Assembly: GCA_045105115.1 (NCBI GenBank)
Contig: JBGCDE010000056.1
Coordinates: 13,323-77,322, forward strand
Source of the DNA: Pseudomonadales bacterium
GTDB taxonomy: Bacteria; Pseudomonadota; Gammaproteobacteria; Pseudomonadales; JAUIET01
DNA length: 64,000 bases
Direction of reading: 5' to 3'
Position numbers and translations under genes: made by a program
Shown here: positions 19,767-28,753 of the stretch, piece after piece
Layout: each line of letters opens with the position of its first letter
How positions within the stretch are numbered: the first letter of the stretch is position 1
Notes under the pieces: generated by a model
Told to the model about the DNA's origin: nothing
The model's database searches: none
Seen by the model: only the letters and a program-made list of their open reading frames with translations

Positions 19767-20309
19767 ATGGGATTAGCAAACACCACTTTATTCAAGACGA
19801 TCCACGACTGGGACGTGGACGTGTTCCAGCGTTGGCAGCGACGCGCCCACCGGGCCCAAATCATGCGGGTTGCACGCAAGGTGTCGTTAACCGCTGATGG
19901 TTGGCCTTATGTGCTGTTCGCCTTCGTGTACTATCTCGTTGAACCAGTACAAGGCGCTGTATTTGCCACCGCGCTAGCCTGGGCATTGCTGCTAGAGCGC
20001 AGCTGCTACTTCGTTATGAAAAACAGCTTTCGGCGCAAACGACCCCCGGCGGCGCTGCCAAACTTCACCAGCTTTATTGTCGCCTCAGACGAGTTCAGCT
20101 TTCCATCCGGCCACACGTCGGGCGCTTTCCTGTTCGCAAGCTGTCTGGTACTGGTATTCGGCCCAATGTTCATGATTACCTATGTTTGGGCAGGCCTGGT
20201 AGCACTGTCTCGAATCAGCCTTGGGGTGCACTTCCCCACTGATACGGCAATGGGCGCTCTGATGGGCAGCAGTATTGCGCTTCTTAGTTATTACTACTTG
20301 GTGATCTAA
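19767..20309 (+). CDS. PAP2-family membrane phosphatase
   Basis: PAP2 motifs KNSFRRKRP, SFPSGHTSGAF and SRISLGVHFPTD. Confidence 0.8.
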   Translation: MGLANTTLFKTIHDWDVDVFQRWQRRAHRAQIMRVARKVSLTADGWPYVLFAFVYYLVEPVQGAVFATALAWALLLERSCYFVMKNSFRRKRPPAALPNFTSFIVASDEFSFPSGHTSGAFLFASCLVLVFGPMFMITYVWAGLVALSRISLGVHFPTDTAMGALMGSSIALLSYYYLVI

Positions 20310-20359
20310 GACAGGGTAGTGATTTCATTAATCTCGACGCAATCTTGCGTGGTCAACAG

Positions 20360-20484
20360 GTCCGGCTTTAAATCGTGTATTGGCTAGCGAGACACGCCGT
20401 AAACCCATCCATGGGGGCTTGTGTTCGAGGTCCCTCTCTCACACAGTCTCGCTAACCAATACACGATTTAAATCCTCTGTGCTA
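20360..20484 (-). repeat. Core-52 foldback element, copy B (subtype 2)
   Basis: Arms 20367-20393 and 20446-20472 pair at 27 positions with one exception (C/A on plus = G:U on minus). Core 20394-20445 is acgccgtaaacccatccatgggggcttgtgttcgaggtccctctctcacaca. The gtccggc flank at 20360-20366 is identical to that of copy A. Confidence 0.85.
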
Positions 20485-20536
20485 TATCTCACCATCAGTT
20501 CGCCCAAATCTTTACGCGCTTTCAAAGCAAGTGCAT

Positions 20537-20665
20537 ATTGGCACTGAGGCTTCGGATTGAGTGTTTGACTGGCGGGACTGTTTGAGACAGGATGTCGAAA
20601 ATCAAGCCCCCATGGATGGGTCCACGGCGTGTCCCGACAGTCAAACACTCAAGTCGGAGCCGGTC
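20537..20665 (+). repeat. Core-52 foldback element, copy C (subtype 1)
   Basis: Arms 20548-20578 and 20631-20661 form a 31-bp stem with 2 G:U and 2 purine-purine mismatches. Core 20579-20630 is tgtttgagacaggatgtcgaaaatcaagcccccatggatgggtccacggcgt. The 5' flank attggcactgagg (20537-20549) is identical to the copy A flank. Confidence 0.85.
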
Positions 20666-20786
20666 CTGGACGCCAGATTTACACCACGGCTTCTGCCCAA
20701 CACATCGTAAACAAACGCTAAACACACCAAGGCACGCGAGTTTCCACCCTTTTGCGTTTATAATTTGGCCCGACCCCAAGAAATGC

Positions 20787-22364
20787 ATGGAGACACGCGT
20801 GCTTATTCTCAAACGATCACTCGCACTACTTGTTATCACCGGCCTGCTGGCAGCATGTGGTGTTAACCCTGTTACCGGCGACCGCGAAATACAGTGGATC
20901 TCTACCGCCCAGGAAATCGAAATTGGCAAGCAGAATTACCTGCCTGCTCGCCAGGTGCAAGGTGGCGATTATGTGGTTGATAAAGATATCTCACGCTACG
21001 TGTCAGGTGTGATGGAAAGAGTCGCGGAAGCGTCGGTGAAGGTGAATGCCGATCAAAACCGAAAACTGCCCTACGAAATTGAAGTAATCAATAGTTCGGT
21101 GCCCAATGCCTGGGCCATGCCTGGCGGCAAAATGGCGATTAACCGCGGTCTGTTAACTGAGTTAAACAGCGAAGCTGAGCTAGCCGCCGTACTGGGCCAT
21201 GAGCTAGTGCATGCCGCAGCAAGACACGGCGCAAAAGCGCAAGAACGCGGTATGTTGATGCAAGGTGGTTTACTTGCCACTCAAATCGCCGCCTCTGGCA
21301 GTCGTTACGGAAACTTGATTGCAGGTGGCGCCATGGTGAGCGCGCAATTGGTTAGCACTAAATACGGTAGAAGCGCTGAGCTGCAGTCCGATCTGTATGG
21401 TATGCGGTATATGGTGGAGGCAGGTTACAACCCACAGGCAGCCGTCGACTTACAGCAGACATTCGTGCGATTGTCAGAAGGGCGACAAACCAACTGGCTT
21501 GACGGTCTGTTTGCGTCTCACCCTCCTTCTGCAGAACGTGTGGCGCGAAACCGCGATACCGCAGCTGAACTCGGCGGCAGTGATTTGGAGTATGGTCGCG
21601 AAAAATACAAACGCGCTATTGCAAGTTTGATTCGGGACCAGGAAGCGTACGCCGCGCATGACGAGGCGCTTAAGGCCGCTGGTAAAGACAAAGACTTTAA
21701 AACGGCCAAAACTCTAGTAGCTAAAGCTATTCGGCTACAACCCAAAGAGCCAAAGTTTTATGGGCTGAAGGGTGATATTGCTATGAACGATAAGCATTTC
21801 AAAACCGCCGTTACAAATTACGACAAGGCGATCAATCTGTATCCGGAGTATTTCGCGTTTTACCTAAACAAAGGCTACGCCAAGCAAGAGCTGGGTGACA
21901 AAAGCGGCGCCAAACTGGCGTTTGAAAAAAGTAATTCGATAGTACCTACTCCCAACGCACAGAAAGCACTCGGCGATCTGGCCTTGGCTTCCGGCGACCA
22001 AAGTACGGCACTGAAATATTTCTCTTCAGCGGCGCGCTCAAATTCGCCGGTTGGTAAGCAAGCACTGTCATCAATGGCTCGTCTCGATTTGCCCCAAAAT
22101 CCAGATAAGTACATCAAGACCCGCCTGGCTCTCAACAATGACGGCAAAGTTATTGTTCAAGTACAAAACCAGGCACCTGTAGCTGTTAAGAACGTGCAAG
22201 TGATCACCGCGTATTTTGATGGCTCGGGCAATCAAGTGAGCCGTACCCAAACTTTGTCCGTGCGCGGAACGCTGGCGGCAGGAGCAGCCACCACTATCAC
22301 AACCAGAATTACTGAAGGTAATGGCTTGCGAGCGCAAGTCAGCAAAGCCACCGTTGCTGAGTAG
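20787..22364 (+). CDS. M48-family zinc metalloprotease lipoprotein with C-terminal TPR repeats (BepA/YfgC-like architecture)
   Basis: ATG 20787 gives the lipoprotein signal METRVLILKRSLALLVITGLLAACG. Zinc site AAVLGHELVHAAARHG, then TPR-like repeats (YYGLKGDIAMNDKHFKTAVTNYDKAINLYPEY). The ORF-track start at 20592 runs through repeat copy C and is rejected. Confidence 0.8.
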   Translation: METRVLILKRSLALLVITGLLAACGVNPVTGDREIQWISTAQEIEIGKQNYLPARQVQGGDYVVDKDISRYVSGVMERVAEASVKVNADQNRKLPYEIEVINSSVPNAWAMPGGKMAINRGLLTELNSEAELAAVLGHELVHAAARHGAKAQERGMLMQGGLLATQIAASGSRYGNLIAGGAMVSAQLVSTKYGRSAELQSDLYGMRYMVEAGYNPQAAVDLQQTFVRLSEGRQTNWLDGLFASHPPSAERVARNRDTAAELGGSDLEYGREKYKRAIASLIRDQEAYAAHDEALKAAGKDKDFKTAKTLVAKAIRLQPKEPKFYGLKGDIAMNDKHFKTAVTNYDKAINLYPEYFAFYLNKGYAKQELGDKSGAKLAFEKSNSIVPTPNAQKALGDLALASGDQSTALKYFSSAARSNSPVGKQALSSMARLDLPQNPDKYIKTRLALNNDGKVIVQVQNQAPVAVKNVQVITAYFDGSGNQVSRTQTLSVRGTLAAGAATTITTRITEGNGLRAQVSKATVAE

Positions 22365-22584
22365 ATCAGCAGTCAATTTGTAACAGACGCATAAACTGTT
22401 AACCAGTGCGTGTATACGCACTGGCCAGTTTCCAGCCAAAGACTACCCTCAAACATTCAGCTTCAATTCAGCTGTAGACGACTATTATTTAGCTATCGAC
22501 TCACCATCGAAGGCTTAATAGCAATGGGGCCATTGATCTTCGATGAGCACCGGAACCCACTCAACCCCACATTGGGAGCGAATT

Positions 22585-23268
22585 ATGAAATTAAAAGCCA
22601 GCATCGCATTAGTATCAGCTATGACCTTGGCCGGTTGCGCCACGCAGCCAGGCGAAGACAGAAACAACGCAGCCATTGGCGCGGCGATTGGCGCCGTAGC
22701 CGGTGCAGTGATTGGCGGTCAAACCGACAACGACGGTAATCGTGACCGAGGTGTAATCGCCGGTGCCGTTATTGGTGCAGCAGCCGGCGCGGGCATTGGC
22801 CATCACATGGACAAGCAAGAAGACGAATTTCGTGCCGCTTTAGAAGAAGAAGAACGACGCTCTGAAATTGAGATTGAGCGAGTACGTGATGACTTACTCA
22901 AACTGACCTTCGAGAACGAAGTCACCTTCGACGTTGACAGTGCGGAAGTAAAAACACATTCCTATTCGTCACTCGAGAAAGTAGCCCAGGTTATGAATAA
23001 GTACGGCTCAACTGCTGAGATTGTTGGTCATACCGATTCAACCGGTTCAGACAGTTACAATTTGCAGCTTAGCGAGAAGCGGGCTTACAGTGTTAAGAAC
23101 TTTCTGGTTAGCAGTGGAGTACCGGGCAGCATGTTGAGCTACCGCGGACGTGGTGAAGCAGAGCCACGCGCTGCCAATGACAATGCCGCAGGTCGGCAAC
23201 TGAATCGACGGGTTGAGTTGTTTGTACAACCCAGCGATGCGACTCGTAGTAATGTAGTGGGTCGTTAA
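22585..23268 (+). CDS. OmpA-family lipoprotein (glycine-zipper N-terminus plus OmpA_C peptidoglycan-binding domain)
   Basis: MKLKASIALVSAMTLAGCAT lipobox, Gly/Ala zipper AIGAAIGAVAGAVIGG, and OmpA_C motifs FDVDSAEV..IVGHTDSTGSDSYNLQLSEKRAYSV..NRRVEL. Confidence 0.85.
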   Translation: MKLKASIALVSAMTLAGCATQPGEDRNNAAIGAAIGAVAGAVIGGQTDNDGNRDRGVIAGAVIGAAAGAGIGHHMDKQEDEFRAALEEEERRSEIEIERVRDDLLKLTFENEVTFDVDSAEVKTHSYSSLEKVAQVMNKYGSTAEIVGHTDSTGSDSYNLQLSEKRAYSVKNFLVSSGVPGSMLSYRGRGEAEPRAANDNAAGRQLNRRVELFVQPSDATRSNVVGR

Positions 23269-23286
23269 GGCCATCGAGCCTGGAGG

Positions 23287-23315
23287 AAGCCCGCTTTATG
23301 CGGGCTTTTCTTTTT
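23287..23315 (+). terminator. Rho-independent terminator of the OmpA-family gene
   Basis: aagcccgc-tttat-gcgggctt followed by ttcttttt. Confidence 0.8.
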
Positions 23316-23338
23316 GTGGAATCAATTAACGGAGTTGC

Positions 23339-24595
23339 TTACGCATTAAGTGCAGGGAAGGCTTCGAAATAAAAGTCGAATTGTTGCCGCAGCTCCTCAG
23401 GTTCAATACCAAACTGACCTTTAAGGTCGTACACAACGCGCCCATATGACCCTTGATGAGCGTTAACAAACTCACTGAGTTGTTGACGTGACTGCACGCT
23501 CATCTCAAGACCGGCTTTGGCGTAGATTTTTTCAACCATACCAATATCATCTTTAATCAACTGCTTAAACGGAATATCTATCGTTTGTGCATCTGGCAGG
23601 ATAGGTCGGTCGCTCGTGCAAGCAGCCAGCAAGTGTTTAATCCGATCGGACCAATACTCTAGTAATTCAGCTGTCAACACACGGTCACGGTTTAAGCGCT
23701 GACCGTAAGCAAGCATGGTAATAGCTGACTGAATCACTGCCACTGGATCACGGTGGGTTACAGCAATGGTCGCATCGGGAAATACTTTGTGTAAAACAGG
23801 CAATTGCTCTAAATGCTGCGGGCACTTCAACACCCAGCGATCAGGTTTGTCGTTATCACGCTGTTGCCACGTCAGCAACTTCAAAACATCTCGCATGTAC
23901 TCGTATTGGTAGGTTTGATCTTCCGCGTAGTAGTGATCGCGCCAACGAGGTGAAAAACTCAGCCACTCATAATTATAGGAACCGAAGTTAGGACCCATCA
24001 ATTCGAGCTCTTCGTGAATGTGCTCAGGATTCATCGGATGCATTGCCGCCAGTAAGGGCACCATCACCTGACTGGTCTCCCAGGCATCCGCACAACGTTG
24101 AAAGCGTGGATCAGTGCCATCTGCTAGCAAACCCTCACCGGGCATTGGTACCGGCTCGTAGCTTTCCCATAATGGCAGCGATCGCAATCTGGAATCTGCA
24201 GCCATCAAATTCAGCAAATGGGTTGTACCCGATCTAGGCAGGCCGGCAACGATAATCGGTTTTTCAATTTGAATATCGTGTATTTCCGGGTGCTGATTAA
24301 ACTCGTTTTGAATCAGCAAACGGCTACAGGCGTGTTGCAGTAACTTATTGCGCAAGGAAAGCCGGCCGATTCCGTTTAATCCAGAATCGCTATTCCACTC
24401 ATCACACAATAGATCCAGGCGTTCCAGAAAATCCTTATCACCCCAGTCGTCAAGACCGGTTTTTTCTTCAGCCTCATTGAGAATCGAATCGCGTGTTAGC
24501 TCGACACTGAGCGTTTTTCCGTAGTCTACGGCCGCCTGTTGAATCTCACTTAGAACGGGATGAGCAAGGTCTGTTATATGAATATCATTACTCAT
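23339..24595 (-). CDS. Sulfotransferase-family protein (PAPS-dependent type)
   Basis: 5'-PSB loop IIVAGLPRSGTTHLLNLMA and a 3'-PB-like region VAVTHRDPVAVIQS; 418 aa. Confidence 0.7.
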   Translation of the reverse strand: MSNDIHITDLAHPVLSEIQQAAVDYGKTLSVELTRDSILNEAEEKTGLDDWGDKDFLERLDLLCDEWNSDSGLNGIGRLSLRNKLLQHACSRLLIQNEFNQHPEIHDIQIEKPIIVAGLPRSGTTHLLNLMAADSRLRSLPLWESYEPVPMPGEGLLADGTDPRFQRCADAWETSQVMVPLLAAMHPMNPEHIHEELELMGPNFGSYNYEWLSFSPRWRDHYYAEDQTYQYEYMRDVLKLLTWQQRDNDKPDRWVLKCPQHLEQLPVLHKVFPDATIAVTHRDPVAVIQSAITMLAYGQRLNRDRVLTAELLEYWSDRIKHLLAACTSDRPILPDAQTIDIPFKQLIKDDIGMVEKIYAKAGLEMSVQSRQQLSEFVNAHQGSYGRVVYDLKGQFGIEPEELRQQFDFYFEAFPALNA

Positions 24596-24609
24596 GACAA
24601 TGCTCGGTA

Positions 24610-25893
24610 TTACTTAAACGCCAAGGCGTCAGTTTTGCCACCTTCTAATAATTTTATTTGATTTTCCAACCAACCTTCCAACCAAAAATTATCCGCATCT
24701 GGTAACAATAGTGAATGCACTTCCACCGCTAACTCTACTGCCGAATCATACTGCGGGTGCTCAGTGAATATGATGTCGAGTAGATGCAAACACTGTTCAA
24801 GCTCACCGTTATTGCGTTTTTGTTGCGCACGCTCAAGCAAGGCATCCACTCCGGCAAGCTCTAACAAGTCTTTATGTACGCTAGACTGCGGCACTGAGTA
24901 CAATTCAGTCGTAGACCGGTGATGAAACCAACCGGCATAGTGCTCCCAAATAGCACGAATACTCCAGGAAACCTTGCCGTATCCCTGCCCCAATTCAAGT
25001 TCCGCTGGCAACTGAATCGCTTGCATTAAAGTATGCAAGTCCTTCCCTTCATTCATACCCTTGACTGTTTCGTCATGCACATACAAAACAGCGTCTCGAA
25101 ATACAGTAAGCTCGGTTTCGATCAACTCGGTACCAATCACTGGTGCATGGTGCCCGTAAAGAATGGTCTCGGCCTTAAGATCCAATACTGTTTGTGCTGC
25201 AGCAGCGCACACTAGAGCATCACGATAGCGATCACCGCGTATGGTTACCAAGTTTGGAAAATGGCCAAACGGGCACCCAAATAAATTACCTGTCAGGCAG
25301 ATCTTATGCTGTGGCAACCAAACCACCAATGAATCATTTGTTTCCGCGCCCTTCGCTGCTATCAGCACAAAATCTACGCCGCCTAATGAAAACTCGTAGC
25401 GGTCGTCAAAATAAATATCGGCCGTTGGACGATCTTGTGGATTAATATCGGTGTAGCCTTGCTCAGCGTAGTAGGAGAAATCACGAATGAAGGCGTCTTT
25501 GAAACGAAACGCAGAACGGGCACCCCGAAATGCTTGCAAGCGGCCATCATACGTCTGATGCTCCTCATTATCAGACTGCGCTATGTATTGCAGACCAGGA
25601 TTGCGATCACGAAAAAACTGCACGCCCCCCACATGGTCAACATGCCCTTGGGTCGTTATCACATACTTGATTGAGTCAGTGGCCGAACTGTACTTTTCAT
25701 AGTTACTAAAATGCACAGGCGCTTCATAACCCATACCTGTGTTAACCAGCACGTTGCCTTCTGCGGTTTCAATCAGATAGCTATTGGAGTTACCCTCTGA
25801 CATCACAATGAAGTCGTTGATACGCTCAGCTTCAAAGCGAGCTGAATGCGGGCCGTAAGGTCTGGATTTATAGATTGGTGTTCTCATATTCAT
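24610..25893 (-). CDS. MBL-fold metallo-hydrolase, alkyl/aryl-sulfatase-like
   Basis: The metallo-beta-lactamase motif ITTQGHVDHVGG is followed by a helical C-terminal region. It ends 14 nt upstream of the sulfotransferase gene on the same strand. Confidence 0.6.
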   Translation of the reverse strand: MNMRTPIYKSRPYGPHSARFEAERINDFIVMSEGNSNSYLIETAEGNVLVNTGMGYEAPVHFSNYEKYSSATDSIKYVITTQGHVDHVGGVQFFRDRNPGLQYIAQSDNEEHQTYDGRLQAFRGARSAFRFKDAFIRDFSYYAEQGYTDINPQDRPTADIYFDDRYEFSLGGVDFVLIAAKGAETNDSLVVWLPQHKICLTGNLFGCPFGHFPNLVTIRGDRYRDALVCAAAAQTVLDLKAETILYGHHAPVIGTELIETELTVFRDAVLYVHDETVKGMNEGKDLHTLMQAIQLPAELELGQGYGKVSWSIRAIWEHYAGWFHHRSTTELYSVPQSSVHKDLLELAGVDALLERAQQKRNNGELEQCLHLLDIIFTEHPQYDSAVELAVEVHSLLLPDADNFWLEGWLENQIKLLEGGKTDALAFK

Positions 25894-25934
25894 ACCTTAC
25901 TGCAAAACGCATTCAGCGCCAGCTTAATTCGCGG

Positions 25935-27395
25935 TTAGAACTTGGTGCGCACCGTATAACTCAATGTGTTGCTACTTTCGGCAGGCACTTTGATTCGCCA
26001 TTCGGCGGTTCCAGCCGCGCGCTTGGTGTGCTTGGCGCTTTGCTTCAGCATTTCCCAGTCGCCGGGGATCGGTTCTCTTACAACTACCGTCACCGCTTCG
26101 TCTTTGGCGTTTTTGAGCTTGATCTCAAAGCTGGAATCATAGACATTTTTCGACATTATCCGCTCAACCACTTTGAAATTGGTTTGCTTTTTGTCGGCTG
26201 TTACATCAAAGGATTCGCCAAGTTTGAGACGAATATTCTCTTTCTTCGGTGTATGGTCAATTCTGTCTTCACCAACAAACTGCGCATTGCCATTTGAATC
26301 ACGTTTATAAACCCGAACAACCCCTTTAGGCAGCGGCATACCAAGGCCGTCTTTTTTCTCATTGTTAAAGTGCACATAAACGCCAAGCTTCATCTTTTGG
26401 CCTATGTCACCATAACTAGAGTGATAGTAATAATTGCTACCCTGCAACACCAATTCTTTCTTCACAGGAATATTATCTGCGCTCAACAACGAGACTTGTT
26501 TTTTCTGCTTGTCCGCAATTGTTGTTGGCCGATTCAAGGTATAAAGATGGTATTCAAAAAGACTCTCTTCGCTCATACCCTGGTCCATGCTACTTTCAGC
26601 CATGGCCATCATTTCTTTACGCATACGCACATGCTGCACCTGCGGCTGAACCTGATTCACATCACCGGCTACCAGCTGCATTTTGGCATTGTTATAAGAC
26701 GCACCACTGGTATTGTTTAAAGTGACCCAACCCAGCAAGTCCAGTCGGTTATCATCTTTATTCAGCTCAGCTACGTAGTCTGCCTGCCAAGACAAACCTC
26801 CAGTCAAATAACTAAGCTCAACGTTTTGCTTACCCGCTGTTTTGTTGTTTAGCTGTATCGACAGTGTGGGCTGATCCCGGAGATTACTTGGAACATCAGC
26901 AAAGATGATTCGCCCACCCGGGTTCGTTTCAATACGATCACCAATACGAACAACTACACCGTTCTGTGTGCTAAGCACAGTTGCTTCTTCAATAGTTTCC
27001 TTACCCGTAGCCGGATTCATACGCGCAATCTGCACAGTGCGGCCGGTGTATTTCTCCAACAACTTTTGCGGCGTGAGTAAATCAAAATCAAAATTCTGTT
27101 CAATCACACGCAAACTGCGGTCAACCGTAGTATTGCGAAGCATGGCTGTTTCAGGACGCATACGCGCGCTCACACCACGAAACGCAAGTGCGTTGTCACC
27201 CTTGGGCAGAACAATCGAACGCTTGTCTTTTACCAGCGCGAGATTCTCGTTATAAATTGTTACAGCAACGGCCTGTTGGTCATCTAATGAACTGGTAATT
27301 TCGTCATCTGCTGCCACACCTTGTGATACACCAACCATAACCGCACCTGCTACTCCTGCCGCAATTGAACGTTTCTTTGCTGTATTGAAAACCAT
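25935..27395 (-). CDS. Secreted DUF4139/DUF4140-like protein (TIGR02231-type), function unknown
   Basis: Signal peptide, AVTIYNENLALVKDKRSIVLPKGDNALAFRGVSARM, and a beta-rich C-terminus. Family assignment is from memory of the N-terminal pattern only. Confidence 0.5.
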   Translation of the reverse strand: MVFNTAKKRSIAAGVAGAVMVGVSQGVAADDEITSSLDDQQAVAVTIYNENLALVKDKRSIVLPKGDNALAFRGVSARMRPETAMLRNTTVDRSLRVIEQNFDFDLLTPQKLLEKYTGRTVQIARMNPATGKETIEEATVLSTQNGVVVRIGDRIETNPGGRIIFADVPSNLRDQPTLSIQLNNKTAGKQNVELSYLTGGLSWQADYVAELNKDDNRLDLLGWVTLNNTSGASYNNAKMQLVAGDVNQVQPQVQHVRMRKEMMAMAESSMDQGMSEESLFEYHLYTLNRPTTIADKQKKQVSLLSADNIPVKKELVLQGSNYYYHSSYGDIGQKMKLGVYVHFNNEKKDGLGMPLPKGVVRVYKRDSNGNAQFVGEDRIDHTPKKENIRLKLGESFDVTADKKQTNFKVVERIMSKNVYDSSFEIKLKNAKDEAVTVVVREPIPGDWEMLKQSAKHTKRAAGTAEWRIKVPAESSNTLSYTVRTKF

Positions 27396-27604
27396 GAATA
27401 TCTCCTTGTTGAGTGTCTACATAGCTTTAACGCAGCATATCCAAATAAGGGGTTAAGGGCCACGAAAAAACTCATTGCTCTTGGTCGGCCGCGTCTTGAT
27501 TTTCTGATCGAGAACGGTATTGCGTGCAGTACCTCAGTGCCACACCCAACTCTGTAAAAATTTGTAAAGTAGAAAAACTGAAATTTTAATGTGGCAGGTT
27601 TTAA

Positions 27605-27718
27605 GGCAGAGGTCGTTACCCCATGTGCCAGACTGTTGAAAAGAGGGACCTTTTCAACAAGCCCCCATGGATGGGTTTACGGCGTGTCTGGCACATGGGG
27701 TAACGGCCTCTGCCGAAC
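27605..27718 (+). repeat. Core-52 foldback element, copy D (subtype 2)
   Basis: Arms 27605-27633 and 27686-27714 form a 29-bp stem with a single T:G wobble at 27613/27706. Core 27634-27685 is tgttgaaaagagggaccttttcaacaagcccccatggatgggtttacggcgt. Confidence 0.9.
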
Positions 27719-27742
27719 TACGGAGCACTTTTTCCATCACAT

Positions 27743-28615
27743 TCAAGAAAACTGAGAAATAGTCTCCTCACCAAACCGCTTAATACTGTCCACCTTCTGC
27801 TCAAGCGTAGCCTCCGGCCCCGCACTAAACATCCACGGCATAGTAGTCAAGGTACTCAAGCCTTCATCAGCCAGCATTTTGTAATCATCAACACCAAACG
27901 CATCCATCGGCCCAAAACTCAGCATTTTGAAATCATCCAAACTGCCTCCCGCTTCCACCCGATATTTTTTTGCCTTGCCCATAAGCTCAACAAGCTCCTG
28001 CTTGGTATGCAGATCTGCAATCCAGCCATCATTACGAGCCGCACGTCGCATGGCAGGCTCTGAGAAACCGCCCACGTAAATCGGAATATGCTGCTCAGGA
28101 TAGGGATGCATACGCACACCAGGCAGATCATAAAATTCACCCTTATGCTCCACCATTTCCCCAGTCCAGAGTTTGCGCATTACCTCTATCATTTCATCCG
28201 CCCGTTTACCACGGCGCGCAAATGGCTGCTCTCCGGCCGCAAACTCTTCAGGCATCCAACCCATTCCTATACCAAGTGCCAATCGATAGTCACTCATCAC
28301 TGCCGCAGTAGCCAGTATTTTGGCTACATGCACCGGGTTACGCGCCGGCAGCACATACACATTGGTGTAGAACTTCAGTTTTTGGGTTACGGCCGCCATA
28401 GACGCCACAGCAATCCAGGGATCTGGGAAATCGTCCGTCTCAGTAAAGCGCGGCACGCCGTCTTCGGTATACGGGTATGGTTTAGACAAGGTTTTCGGGT
28501 AAATCAAATGATCTGACAGGGTGGCATAGGTAAAGCCCGCTTCGTCGGCCGCCTTAGCAAGCGCCTGATATTCTGATGGTGCGCAAAAACTGATTGATAA
28601 ACCAAATTCCAACAT
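27743..28615 (-). CDS. Luciferase-like (LLM-class) flavin/F420-dependent oxidoreductase
   Basis: MLEFGLSISF..FTYATLSDHLIYP..LKFYTNVYVLPARNPVHVAK..LALGIGMGWMPEEF. ATG at 28615 is preferred over the TTG at 28627. Confidence 0.7.
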   Translation of the reverse strand: MLEFGLSISFCAPSEYQALAKAADEAGFTYATLSDHLIYPKTLSKPYPYTEDGVPRFTETDDFPDPWIAVASMAAVTQKLKFYTNVYVLPARNPVHVAKILATAAVMSDYRLALGIGMGWMPEEFAAGEQPFARRGKRADEMIEVMRKLWTGEMVEHKGEFYDLPGVRMHPYPEQHIPIYVGGFSEPAMRRAARNDGWIADLHTKQELVELMGKAKKYRVEAGGSLDDFKMLSFGPMDAFGVDDYKMLADEGLSTLTTMPWMFSAGPEATLEQKVDSIKRFGEETISQFS

Positions 28616-28753
28616 ACTGACTCTCAAATACTGGCTGAGCCTGCATGGTACTCAATCCATCGTGCATGCGACGCAATCCTTGCCAATCGGAAATGATCTG
28701 GCGTTTACTCTCAGGTCTGGTTAATCTGCAGGAAGTGAGCAGGAGAGAAACCT

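Noticed and set aside
20592-20786. The 65-aa N-terminal extension of the M48 protease ORF (MSKIKPPWMGPRRVPTVKH...)
   Set aside because: This stretch is a read-through of foldback copy C and its flank. The ATG at 20787 gives a clean lipoprotein signal peptide, so the extension is a six-frame artefact.
22420-22441. The ccagtgcgt-gtat-acgcactgg hairpin after the M48 gene as a terminator
   Set aside because: It has a good 9-bp stem, but the downstream sequence (ccagtttcc) lacks a real U-tract. It may still attenuate transcription, but I cannot support a terminator call.
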